Shown here one piece after another: positions 46,185 through 55,113 of a stretch of 64,000 bases of DNA (positions are counted from its first letter, which is position 1; every line of letters starts with the position of its first letter). Source of the stretch: Candidatus Pacearchaeota archaeon (GTDB taxonomy: Archaea > Nanobdellota > Nanobdellia > Pacearchaeales > GW2011-AR1); contig JBAZXH010000001.1 of assembly GCA_041659945.1 (NCBI GenBank), positions 693,364 to 757,363 on the forward strand, written 5' to 3'. Under the pieces are notes generated by a model. That model did not search any database, was not told the DNA's origin, and saw only the letters and a list, made by a program, of their open reading frames with translations. The translations under genes were made by a program, and so were the position numbers.

Positions 46185-46367
46185 ATGAAAAATAAGAAAA
46201 GAGGATTTTTTACGAGAAGATTAGGAATTATTTTGATGATAATTGGAGTGGCTTTTCAATTCTTGAATATTTTGACCTATGGACTTTGGGAAATAGATAT
46301 TGATATATTGGGAGCACTTATTTTTATTATTGGATTAGTAATCATGATTGTTCGGTGGAAGAAATAA
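46185..46367 (+). CDS. small membrane protein (60 aa)
   Basis: ATG 25 nt downstream of an agatttataaag box, with two hydrophobic helices. The longer TTG-start track ORF would run through the att-like repeat. Confidence 0.45.
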   Translation: MKNKKRGFFTRRLGIILMIIGVAFQFLNILTYGLWEIDIDILGALIFIIGLVIMIVRWKK

Positions 46368-46378
46368 AAAAGTGTTTC

Positions 46379-46660
46379 TTATTTTATACTCCAGAATTTC
46401 CATTTGTGAGGTATGTCAACACTCCAAAATCTTTTGTTTAAAAAATCATTTAGGTCACTGATGAAAAGACCGATTCCAAAGAATATTAGAAATATTCCGA
46501 AAATATCTTTTATGTAAAAAATTCCAATTATAACTAAAACTATTCCAAATATCCAGTGATGTGGACCGTTTAGATGGCCTCCGTATTTGTCGCCTATTCT
46601 ACCAAGACTAAATCCTGCAAATAAACTTACAATTCCGGATATTATTGCGAGTATGTTCAT
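46379..46660 (-). CDS. small integral membrane protein (93 aa)
   Basis: Three hydrophobic helices. Confidence 0.5.
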   Translation of the reverse strand: MNILAIISGIVSLFAGFSLGRIGDKYGGHLNGPHHWIFGIVLVIIGIFYIKDIFGIFLIFFGIGLFISDLNDFLNKRFWSVDIPHKWKFWSIK

Positions 46661-46718
46661 TAAAATTAAATGAGAGTAAAGTTTAAAAAAATAGTGGAAG
46701 TTGAGGTCTTAGGAAGAT

Positions 46719-47108
46719 GTGGACAAAATGCCCTGTTTTAAAAGTCTTGTTTATTGTTGTAATTTTGCAGAACCATGTTCTGGAAGAGATAGAGAATTAG
46801 AAAGAAGAGGGTTGACTCGAGAGGGTTATGAATCTTTAAAGAGATTTTTTGATTTGGAGTTAGCTAGACTTCTTAGAAGAAAAAAAGGAAGAAGTGCTCC
46901 AGTTATTTGTGGCATCAACAGGGAACAAGGATATACATTTAGATGTCGTCAAAGTAAAGGGAGTCTTGCCTATTGCTGTCCTATTCAGGGTCCAGATGGA
47001 CATGCTTATAAGGACTGCTCATTAAGAGATAGAGAATTAGAAAGATTGGGTTTGACTCTTGAAGAGTACGTAAGCTTAAAGAGGCAGTTTGCTGAGATTT
47101 TTCCGTAA
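46719..47108 (+). CDS. hypothetical protein with a tandem internal Cys-containing repeat
   Basis: Two copies of YCC..x..C-S-x-RDRELER-x-GLT-x-E-x-Y-x-SLKR-x-F, visible in the DNA too (agagatagagaattagaaaga twice). ATG at 46728 is an alternative start. Confidence 0.45.
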   Translation: MDKMPCFKSLVYCCNFAEPCSGRDRELERRGLTREGYESLKRFFDLELARLLRRKKGRSAPVICGINREQGYTFRCRQSKGSLAYCCPIQGPDGHAYKDCSLRDRELERLGLTLEEYVSLKRQFAEIFP

Positions 47109-47149
47109 TCTATATAAATATTTAAAAAGGAATGATTTTTTGAGTATTC

Positions 47150-47512
47150 ATGGCACCTTTTGATAGTGATGGTATTTGGCGTGATGGTTCTAGCTCTTTT
47201 AGATCTAGTACTCGTTTTTCAACATCTTCTTATATGTCTGAACCTGAAGAAGGATTTGGATGGAGAAATATTAGTGCAGAGGATCTTTCGAGGAAAAGAC
47301 CTGAAAATTTAGTCTTTGAAGTTAAGATTGGTAAAACTTCATATAGGATTCTTTGGGCAAAAAAAGGTAACTTAACTGAAGTTTTAGGACATCATGATGT
47401 TTGGGATTATGTTGCACATCGTGATAGAAACAAGTCTGCAATTGTATCTGCTTATCATGGTGGAAGAGACGTTACAGATAAGTTAACCGAAGCATTTGGT
47501 TCAGTTAATTAA
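47150..47512 (+). CDS. hypothetical protein (120 aa)
   Basis: ORF only. Confidence 0.4.
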   Translation: MAPFDSDGIWRDGSSSFRSSTRFSTSSYMSEPEEGFGWRNISAEDLSRKRPENLVFEVKIGKTSYRILWAKKGNLTEVLGHHDVWDYVAHRDRNKSAIVSAYHGGRDVTDKLTEAFGSVN

Positions 47513-47561
47513 TTCTTATTAGAATAGCAAAAATTATATACTTCCTATACCTTAATATTTA

Positions 47562-47735
47562 ATGAGGGTAATCTGGCCAACTATCAAACTGGTCTTGTTT
47601 TATCTTGTTTTAATACTTGTAGTTATCTATGTTGGGTTAAAAACAACATCATATATTTATTTTATTTGTGCTTTAGCAGTTGGTTTAATTGGGTTTTATT
47701 GGAGTGTCAGGAACCCGCTAACTAAAGGGGTTTAA
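47562..47735 (+). CDS. small membrane protein (57 aa)
   Basis: Hand-translated MRVIWPTIKLVLFYLVLILVVIYVGL... with two hydrophobic helices. Confidence 0.35.
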   Translation: MRVIWPTIKLVLFYLVLILVVIYVGLKTTSYIYFICALAVGLIGFYWSVRNPLTKGV

Positions 47736-47789
47736 GCAGTTCTTGAGTACTATAACAATTCTTAAAAGCTTAAGATTTATTTCTTTTTT

Positions 47790-48296
47790 ATGAGAAGATC
47801 TCCAAGAGGGCCTCGAAGAATTGAGAGAATTATTGCATTTATGCTTAGTCGCGATAGGTCTTTGAAAAAATTAGAAAAAGATATTACTGATGTTCGTGGA
47901 AATACTTATTTAATTGAAACTCCAGTTTATGACCGAGGAGTTGTAAGAATTATTGGACCAAATGATATTGATTTGTATAGCGGCCCGTGTTTAGATGTTC
48001 CGGATGTTGAAACTCCTAAAGCTCAGCTTATGTTTGGAGCAAAAGCTGGAAATCCTCATGCAACTGTTTATGGTGTATATTTTCATGTTGGTTGTCTTAA
48101 GGGTGATGGACTTAGCCTGTGGGATTCTTTTTGGTTTGATGAGCTAAGTAGTGCAGGTCTTTACCAGGCTTTTGTTTCTAGTAAAGGAAAGTTACCTTGG
48201 GATGATCTTCTTAGATTTAATCCGCAATATGGATCAGATATGCCTCTTTTTGATTTATCTGTTAGAGAAGTTCAAAAAACACTTAAAAAATCCTGA
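47790..48296 (+). CDS. hypothetical protein (168 aa)
   Basis: ORF with a TATA-like box upstream. No motif recognised. Confidence 0.45.
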   Translation: MRRSPRGPRRIERIIAFMLSRDRSLKKLEKDITDVRGNTYLIETPVYDRGVVRIIGPNDIDLYSGPCLDVPDVETPKAQLMFGAKAGNPHATVYGVYFHVGCLKGDGLSLWDSFWFDELSSAGLYQAFVSSKGKLPWDDLLRFNPQYGSDMPLFDLSVREVQKTLKKS

Positions 48297-48428
48297 AACC
48301 CCAAATAAGAAGGTTTTTAAACACAGTAAATATCCATTTACATCATTAGAAATATACAGTTAACATAAAACCGTTATACACTATTTCTTAGTGATAGACT
48401 AAACATAAATTAATAACTAGGAGGAAAA

Positions 48429-48635
48429 ATGCCAAGATTTGGTGGAAGTAGTGGAGGAAATCGGTTCGGTGGTGGTAGAAGTGGCGGATTTAGACCAAGC
48501 AGACCATTCGGTCCAAGAGAAATGCACAAAGCCATATGTTCTGAGTGTAAGAAAGAATGTGAAGTACCGTTTAAGCCCACAGAAGGAAAGCCTGTTTTTT
48601 GTAGAGATTGTTACGCAAAACGTAAAGCTGCATAA
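48429..48635 (+). CDS. RGG-rich CxxC-x17-CxxC zinc-ribbon protein
   Basis: CSEC-(17 aa)-CRDC spacing counted directly, Gly/Arg-rich N-terminus, AGGAGG 6-8 nt upstream. Confidence 0.7.
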   Translation: MPRFGGSSGGNRFGGGRSGGFRPSRPFGPREMHKAICSECKKECEVPFKPTEGKPVFCRDCYAKRKAA

Positions 48636-48654
48636 AAACATTTAAGCATTTTGC

Positions 48655-49419
48655 TTATTTTATTTTTTCTAATTCTTTTTTTATCTTTATTATTAAATTA
48701 CCTGTTACTTTGGCAACTGGTTTATCTAGTGTTTTTTCATCAATAGCTAGTTGACTTATAATTAACCTTGACTCATTTTTTGTTTTACCAGTCTCAACTA
48801 AAGAGTAAAGAATTGCATTTTTTATCTTACCTTTTTTTAATAGCATGCTTTTGATTAGGATGTTTGAAACGTTTGAGTCTTTTTTTCGTTTTAGCTTAAT
48901 TAACCAGGATTCAACTCGAGGTTTTGGCTCAAAATCTTCTTTTTTAACCTTTAATATGGGAGTTATCTCAAAGAAGATATTACTTATTACACCAATTTTT
49001 GTGCTCTCTGAAGTTAATAACTCTTTAAAATTTTCTCCAACAATTAGGACGATTTCATCAATATTATCTTCTATGGCTTTCATAATTACTGGTTCAGAAA
49101 GAGAATAGGGGATATTTGATACTATTTTATTATAGCCTCTCCAGTCAAATTTAAGGGCGTTATCATATACAAGAATTAGATTTGTATTATCTTTTTTTAT
49201 TTTTTCTAGATTTAGTTTAAATCTTTGGTCAATTTCAAAGGCCATAACATTCTTTGCTTTTTTGACTAGTTCTTTTGTTAGGGTTCCGTTGCCAGCACCA
49301 ATTTCAATTACTCTATCATTTTCAGATAAGTCTGCAGCTTTTATCTCTTTTTTAAGGACATCTTGATTTATTAGGAAATGTTGATCTTTGTCTAAGTCGG
49401 GTGTGATATCTTCTTGCAT
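48655..49419 (-). CDS. rsmA: 16S rRNA dimethyladenosine transferase (KsgA/Dim1)
   Basis: SAM motif VIEIGAGNGTLT and SNIPYSLSEPV. Confidence 0.85.
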   Translation of the reverse strand: MQEDITPDLDKDQHFLINQDVLKKEIKAADLSENDRVIEIGAGNGTLTKELVKKAKNVMAFEIDQRFKLNLEKIKKDNTNLILVYDNALKFDWRGYNKIVSNIPYSLSEPVIMKAIEDNIDEIVLIVGENFKELLTSESTKIGVISNIFFEITPILKVKKEDFEPKPRVESWLIKLKRKKDSNVSNILIKSMLLKKGKIKNAILYSLVETGKTKNESRLIISQLAIDEKTLDKPVAKVTGNLIIKIKKELEKIK

Positions 49420-49503
49420 TTTGAGAGTATAATTATTATGCTTATGATTGTTATAAATATTGCGTGTAGAAAGATTTTAATAGTTTCCTAAATTGAGGTA
49501 ATT

Positions 49504-50586
49504 ATGGCTAGTAAAAATATGAGTGTGGAAGAAAAGATTAAGGTAATAAAGAGTTTTGCAGAGGAAATTGTTACGGAGGATGAGCTAAGAGAACTATTCA
49601 AGACTAAAAAGACTCTTTCTGCGTACGATGGTTTTGAGCCGTCTGGGCAGATACATATTGCTCAGGGACTTTTAAGAGCTATAACTGTGAATAAAATGAC
49701 TTCTGTTGGTATTAAGTTTAAGTTTTGGGTTGCAGATTGGTTTGCCATGTTAAATAATAAATTTGATGGAGATTTGGAAAAAATAAAAGTTGTGGGAGAG
49801 TATTTTATAGAAGTTTGGAAAGCTTGTGGAATGGATCTTGATAATGTTGAGTTTATTTGGACATCAGAATTTATTAAGAAACATCCAGAATATTGGGAAA
49901 CGGTTCTTAAACTTTCAAAGGAAGCGAGCATACAAAGAGTTATTAGATGCTCTCAGATAATGGGAAGAGAAGAATCAGTTAATAATCCGAGTTCTCAAAT
50001 AATTTATCCTTTGATGCAGGCAGCAGATATTCATCATTTAGAAGTTGATATTGCTCAATTAGGTATGGATCAGAGAAAAGTAAATATGCTTGCAAGAGAA
50101 CTTTTTCCTAAACTTGGTTTTAAGGTTCCGGTAGTTATATCTCATCATATGCTTTTGGGTTTACAATTTAAAGAAAGTAATCTAGAAGGAATTGATAGAA
50201 AAATTGCCTTGAAGATGTCAAAGTCAAAACCAGAAACAGCAATTTTTATGACTGACTCAAAGGAAGACATTTTTAGAAAGTTTAAGAATGCCTATTGTCC
50301 TGAGGGAAAGGAAGAAGATAATCCGGTTTTGGAATATGCTAAGTATATAGTTTTTGAAAAATTTGATAAACTTGTTATTGAAAGGCCTCAAAAGTTTGGC
50401 GGAGATATAACAGTAAATAGCTATGATGAACTAAAAGATCTTTTTATAGAAAAGAAAATTCATCCTCTTGATCTAAAGAATACTGTTGCTAAATATATCG
50501 ATGAGTTAATACAGCCAGTTAGAAAGCATTTTGAAACAAATAAGAAAGCAAAAGAACTTTATGAAAAAGTTAAGAGTTTTAAGTAA
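49504..50586 (+). CDS. tyrS: tyrosine--tRNA ligase (archaeal type)
   Basis: FEPSGQIHIAQG (HIGH region), KMSKSKPE (KMSKS), C-terminal FGGDITVNSYDELKDLF...HPLDLKN as in archaeal TyrRS. Confidence 0.9.
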   Translation: MASKNMSVEEKIKVIKSFAEEIVTEDELRELFKTKKTLSAYDGFEPSGQIHIAQGLLRAITVNKMTSVGIKFKFWVADWFAMLNNKFDGDLEKIKVVGEYFIEVWKACGMDLDNVEFIWTSEFIKKHPEYWETVLKLSKEASIQRVIRCSQIMGREESVNNPSSQIIYPLMQAADIHHLEVDIAQLGMDQRKVNMLARELFPKLGFKVPVVISHHMLLGLQFKESNLEGIDRKIALKMSKSKPETAIFMTDSKEDIFRKFKNAYCPEGKEEDNPVLEYAKYIVFEKFDKLVIERPQKFGGDITVNSYDELKDLFIEKKIHPLDLKNTVAKYIDELIQPVRKHFETNKKAKELYEKVKSFK

Positions 50587-50602
50587 ATTTCTTTAAATCT
50601 AA

Positions 50603-50908
50603 TTATTTCTTAGTTACCTTATCTTCTCTGAAAAGTTTTTTAGAGATTATAAATACAACTAGGGCTATTATTACAAAATTGATTAATGCTGAGAGAAAGG
50701 AACCCCAGCCAAGAACAAATGGACCTAGTTTTAATGTTGCAGTCTGCCATTCACCATTTGGAATGAATGGAGTTATTAAGGGCATGATTATGTTATTTAC
50801 TAGAGATTGAATAAGGGTTGTTGCTGCAACACCAATTATAAATGCAATGGCTAGACCAACAACTTTGTATTCTTTTAAGAACTCTTTAAATTCTGCTATC
50901 CATCCCAT
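50603..50908 (-). CDS. mscL: large-conductance mechanosensitive channel
   Basis: FKEFLKEYKVVGLAIAFIIGVA...NNIIMPLI pattern. 101 aa with two TMs. Confidence 0.85.
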   Translation of the reverse strand: MGWIAEFKEFLKEYKVVGLAIAFIIGVAATTLIQSLVNNIIMPLITPFIPNGEWQTATLKLGPFVLGWGSFLSALINFVIIALVVFIISKKLFREDKVTKK

Positions 50909-50978
50909 GGAACTATATGATATAATATTATATAAATCTTATGCATATCTTTATAAATTCTAAGTTATTTTTTTTAAT

Positions 50979-51491
50979 ATGAAAAAAGAAGATAATAATC
51001 CTGTTTTGAAAGTGAAGAGACTGACAAAAAATGCTGAGTTACCTGAATATGCACTTGATTGTGATGTGGCATTTGATTTAAGGGCAAATGAGCTTGTAAC
51101 TCTTGAATCTATGGAGCAAAAAGAGATTAAAACAGGTATTGCAATTGAGATCCCAAAGGGTTATATTGGACTTGTTAGAGATAGGGCAGGCATTGTTACT
51201 AAAATGGGCTTGCATGCTGTGGCCGGAACCTTTGATTCTTCATACAGAGGAGAAGTTACAATAATTATGATTAACTTTTCAATGGATGCTGTTGATATTG
51301 AACCTGAAATGAGAATAGCTCAGATGATTTTAGTTCCAATAAACAAGTTAGAAATTCAAGAGGTAAAGGAGCTTTCAAAAACTCCTAGAACTGGTAAAGA
51401 AATTGGTTCTACTGGTTTGAGTGATGTTTTAAAAGAGTTAAATAAAATTGCTGAAAAGGGTGATAAAAGACTTAGCAAAATGAAGAAATGA
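50979..51491 (+). CDS. dut: dUTP diphosphatase
   Basis: dUTPase motifs AFDLRA, VRDRAG, GTFDSSYRGEV, RIAQMILVP, GSTG. Confidence 0.85.
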   Translation: MKKEDNNPVLKVKRLTKNAELPEYALDCDVAFDLRANELVTLESMEQKEIKTGIAIEIPKGYIGLVRDRAGIVTKMGLHAVAGTFDSSYRGEVTIIMINFSMDAVDIEPEMRIAQMILVPINKLEIQEVKELSKTPRTGKEIGSTGLSDVLKELNKIAEKGDKRLSKMKK

Positions 51492-51910
51492 CTGAAAAAG
51501 GTAAAGAAAAAAGATTTAGCTTTGGAGATTTAGTTATTTTGCTGGTTTTTTTAGTAGTTATTTTAGCAATTCACTATATTATTAAGATAGTTCTTAAACA
51601 ACAAGCTGAAACAAATTCATTTTATGTTTTTTTACCATATTTAATTGACACTGTTTTGATTATTATTGGTTGGTTTTATGTTAAATACGGTAAAGAAAAG
51701 AAGACTAAAGATAAGATTAAGGTTGCGATGTGGATTCCTTTCTTAGATATTGCTGTTAATTTTATTATCTTTTTAGTTGGTTTGTTATTTAATTTAACCA
51801 ATGACTTTACATTAATGTTTAAGTCAAGCAATGGAATCTTTGCAGTTGCTTTGGTTATTATTGCTGATTACTTTTGGTGGAAGGCAATTAACTTTAGAGA
51901 GAAGAATTAG
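51488..51910 (+). CDS. integral membrane protein (140 aa)
   Basis: ATGA overlap with dut and four hydrophobic helices. Confidence 0.5.
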   Translation: MTEKGKEKRFSFGDLVILLVFLVVILAIHYIIKIVLKQQAETNSFYVFLPYLIDTVLIIIGWFYVKYGKEKKTKDKIKVAMWIPFLDIAVNFIIFLVGLLFNLTNDFTLMFKSSNGIFAVALVIIADYFWWKAINFREKN

Positions 51911-52137
51911 ACTAATTTATTTGAAAATACATAGACAATTGTTCATTACATTCACTTTACTTCAAGAAGTTTATAACTAATAGATGGATTAAACAGCTTT
52001 AAATTAAGTTGAATTCATCAAGTTCATTAGAACTTGGGGCACAAAAAATTTACTTAAATTTTTTAGTGTTGTGAAACAATAATTCTTATGGTTTATTTTC
52101 AATACTGTCAGTGTTAAAAGAGATTAAGAATAAAGAT

Positions 52138-52755
52138 TTATCTTCTCACAGCTACAATTACTATAATTACTATTAACAGGACAATGCTTAGTATTCCTAG
52201 AATAATAAGAATAAGTGTCCAAGGGCCTGAAAGAGATCCTAGAGAATAACTTGAATAGCCTGTTATTTGTGTTGAGGGTTGGGTTGTTGTGATACTTGAA
52301 CTTGTGCTAGAATCTGAGGGCATGATTTGATAGATCTTTACTGTTTCTTGAGGTTGTGTTTGTTGTTGGGGCTGACTTAACTGGCCCTGTTGCTCATAGA
52401 ACATTTCTAGATATTTGTCTTCAAAATATCCGTAGTAGTGATGTGTATTGCAATCTCTTTCATCATTGCAATCATTATAATGGTCATATCTATAGCAATC
52501 ATCTCTATAACAACTGCAAAATTTTATTACCTCTGGTTTGTTATCAATAGTACCGCAGTGGTGCAAGTCTCTGCAACTTCTTTCTCTTTCACCATGAATA
52601 CAGTCTCCCCATGTTCCACAACTCCACATTTCTGTGCAAGAATCATGATTTTTGGATAGTAAGCTCAAATCCGAACTGGCTTTTACTAAGTTTAGAGTTA
52701 ACATTGCAAAGGCTAATATGCAGATTATTCCGATAACTATATTCTTCCTTGCCAT
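52138..52755 (-). CDS. Cys-rich surface protein with a Q/S/T-rich stalk and C-terminal TM anchor
   Basis: Signal/anchor at the N-terminus, W-x-C-G-x-W-x-x-C Cys-rich module, QQQ/STS low-complexity stalk, C-terminal hydrophobic helix ending RR. Confidence 0.55.
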   Translation of the reverse strand: MARKNIVIGIICILAFAMLTLNLVKASSDLSLLSKNHDSCTEMWSCGTWGDCIHGERERSCRDLHHCGTIDNKPEVIKFCSCYRDDCYRYDHYNDCNDERDCNTHHYYGYFEDKYLEMFYEQQGQLSQPQQQTQPQETVKIYQIMPSDSSTSSSITTTQPSTQITGYSSYSLGSLSGPWTLILIILGILSIVLLIVIIVIVAVRR

Positions 52756-52829
52756 GGTTTTAAGATAAATGCCTGATTTATAAGTTTTACTGTGGTAAAC
52801 TTTAAATGGGTTAGGTTACTAGTTAGTTA

Positions 52830-53489
52830 ATGAACTACAAATTATCTCCAAGTTCACTAAGCTTAATGCATGATTGTCCTAGATGTTTTTGGTTGGAAAA
52901 ACACAAGGTCTGGCAAAGGCCTGCAGGTATTTTTCCGAGTTTGCCAAGTGGAATGGACAGAATTTTGAAAATACATTTTGATAAATTTAGAGACAGAGGG
53001 ATGCTGCCTCCAGAATTGTGTACAAATCATGATTGTTCTAGTATGAGACTTTTTGGTATAAATGAAGATGAAAGAGAGCTGTTAAAAGTTTGGAGAGATG
53101 GTTTAAAGGGAGTTAGATGGCAAGATAAAGCTGGAAATGTTCTTTGTGGAGCGGTTGATACTCTGCTCGTTAAGGATAAGAAACTGATTGTTTTAGACTA
53201 TAAGACTCGCGGTTTTCCTTTGAGAGAAAATACTCATGAGTATTATAAAGATCAGATTGACATTTATACTTTTTTGTTGAGAAAGAATGGGTTTGAAACA
53301 GAAGACTTTGGATTTTTGTTATTTTATTTTCCTGATAAAGTTCTTGAAACTGGAGAAGTTCTTTTTGAGACTAAGTTGATTAAACTGAATGTTAATATAA
53401 AGAATGCTGAAGAATTGTTTATGAAAGGGTTGAGAGTTTTAGAAGGTGATTGTCCGAGAGAAACTTGTGAGTGGTGTGAGAGAGTTTAA
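52830..53489 (+). CDS. PD-(D/E)xK nuclease with Cys cluster (Cas4/RecB-like)
   Basis: N-terminal CPRC, core GAVDTLL...LIVLDYKT, QIDIYTFLL, C-terminal CPRETCEWC. Confidence 0.65.
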   Translation: MNYKLSPSSLSLMHDCPRCFWLEKHKVWQRPAGIFPSLPSGMDRILKIHFDKFRDRGMLPPELCTNHDCSSMRLFGINEDERELLKVWRDGLKGVRWQDKAGNVLCGAVDTLLVKDKKLIVLDYKTRGFPLRENTHEYYKDQIDIYTFLLRKNGFETEDFGFLLFYFPDKVLETGEVLFETKLIKLNVNIKNAEELFMKGLRVLEGDCPRETCEWCERV

Positions 53490-53496
53490 TAAATAG

Positions 53497-54243
53497 CTAC
53501 CTCTTTTTTGTTTTAGGAACTGTTGCATATGCAACAAATCCTCGTTTACCATATCCATCGAATATAATGGCAGGTCTTACTTCATCATATCTTTCAAGAA
53601 CGGAAATTAAAGCAGGGTATTGTACTGTATGTATGCGTCTTCCCTCTTTATCTCTTTCACCAGCCCCTCTTTTTTCATTGATTAATTTTGCTATAGTCTT
53701 CAAAGGAATAAAGGCTCCTTGAGGTAGATTGCTTGTTGATTCTTCTAAAATCCTCAGAGCCATTTTTGCAATTTCAGTTTGAATACCAAAGGTTTTTATT
53801 AGATTAGGAGTAGGTGTTAAGAAATGTCTATATCCAACTAATAAAATTTTTCCAGTTTCTTCATAAACCGGAGCATGTTGTAGTGACTCTCTTTCTAGTT
53901 CTTTTTGAAATGCTTCTTCTATATGTTTTGAGAGGATTAAAATCGGAAATGTTCCATTTTTATCTCTATTAACCCTGTTTGCTAGTCCTGCTGAGGAAAC
54001 ATAGCTTCTTGGAGGTATTTGTGCTTCTATTGATGTTAGAATTGGTAATGTTTCTTGAGCTAATTTTTCTAAATCAATGTGAACCGCATTTGAATGTTTT
54101 GTTTTTGGTTTTCCCGGATTAAACACTCTTTTTTCTTCAGCTTCCTCCTGCTGAACTGCTGCTTCTACTACCTCTGAAATTAAATATCTCCCAGAAGTTC
54201 CTCCCCTCCTTTCTTTCAAATCTTTGTAATGCATTTTAATCAC
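53497..54243 (-). CDS. hypothetical protein (248 aa)
   Basis: 8-nt overlap with the upstream phosphoesterase gene stop (translational coupling). No motif recognised. Confidence 0.45.
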   Translation of the reverse strand: MIKMHYKDLKERRGGTSGRYLISEVVEAAVQQEEAEEKRVFNPGKPKTKHSNAVHIDLEKLAQETLPILTSIEAQIPPRSYVSSAGLANRVNRDKNGTFPILILSKHIEEAFQKELERESLQHAPVYEETGKILLVGYRHFLTPTPNLIKTFGIQTEIAKMALRILEESTSNLPQGAFIPLKTIAKLINEKRGAGERDKEGRRIHTVQYPALISVLERYDEVRPAIIFDGYGKRGFVAYATVPKTKKR

Positions 54244-54997
54244 TTTCTAAACTTTTTAATTTTCCAAAGTCATATATGGAATTTTTATCTCCGACAATAA
54301 AAACATTAAATGTTTTTAATTTTTCTGGTGGTACAATGCATGCTTCTTTTTCCACATGATCATTGACACTACTTCCTTCTACTAGTGGGAAGAAACTTGG
54401 AAGTATGAAAAACTGTTTTCCTTTGTATTTTCCAATTAGAAAACATTTGTATTTTTCAGATCTGTTGCTTTGAGAATCATTTATTCGTATTGCTGGATGT
54501 AAATGGCCCATGATAACTTTTTTTATTGATTTGTCTTTAATTTCTGGAATAAATTTATCTCCATGAATAAATATTGTATCTTCGTAAATATAATGAGTTA
54601 GGAATGTTCTATCTGCAATGTCAATCTTTTCATGATTACCTTTTAATAATATTACATTTTCTCTGGAGACATGTTTTTCAATGACTTTCATTACGTCTAG
54701 GAAGATATTTTTCTCTTGACTTTTATAAGCAAAAAAATGTTTAATGTCCCCAAGGAAAACTATCTTATTTATCTTTACTTTTCTGTTCTTTAGATAATTA
54801 AATATTTCATTCAGGTCATCTATTGTTTGTTTAATTTGAGTTTGTGGAAGAAGAGATCCGCCCTCACGAAGCATAAATTCAAATCCAAGATGTAGATCAC
54901 CAATTACAAGGATTTTTTGTTTTATTAGAAAGAGGGATTTACCAATAAGCTCGTATTCTTTGTTTTTATCTGCTTGTTCAAATAGGTTAAGTTGCAT
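54236..54997 (-). CDS. metallophosphoesterase (SbcD/Mre11-related archaeal type)
   Basis: Intact MPE motifs GDLHLG, LGDIKH, GNHE, GHLHP. Confidence 0.75.
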   Translation of the reverse strand: MQLNLFEQADKNKEYELIGKSLFLIKQKILVIGDLHLGFEFMLREGGSLLPQTQIKQTIDDLNEIFNYLKNRKVKINKIVFLGDIKHFFAYKSQEKNIFLDVMKVIEKHVSRENVILLKGNHEKIDIADRTFLTHYIYEDTIFIHGDKFIPEIKDKSIKKVIMGHLHPAIRINDSQSNRSEKYKCFLIGKYKGKQFFILPSFFPLVEGSSVNDHVEKEACIVPPEKLKTFNVFIVGDKNSIYDFGKLKSLESD

Positions 54998-55113
54998 GAA
55001 AATATTGAGAATATGTGGTTTATTAATGTTAGGAATTAATTCTCAAATTAGTTATTTGTCTTAAACAAGACGACATATGTTTTAATAATACTATCAACTG
55101 AAAGTGAATAAAA

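Noticed and set aside
48417-48645. Two alternative ORFs (48417-48641 minus, 48439-48645 plus) overlapping the CxxC-x17-CxxC gene.
   Set aside because: The 48429-48635 frame has the SD site and the exact CxxC-x17-CxxC spacing. The others are frame shadows of the G-rich repeat.
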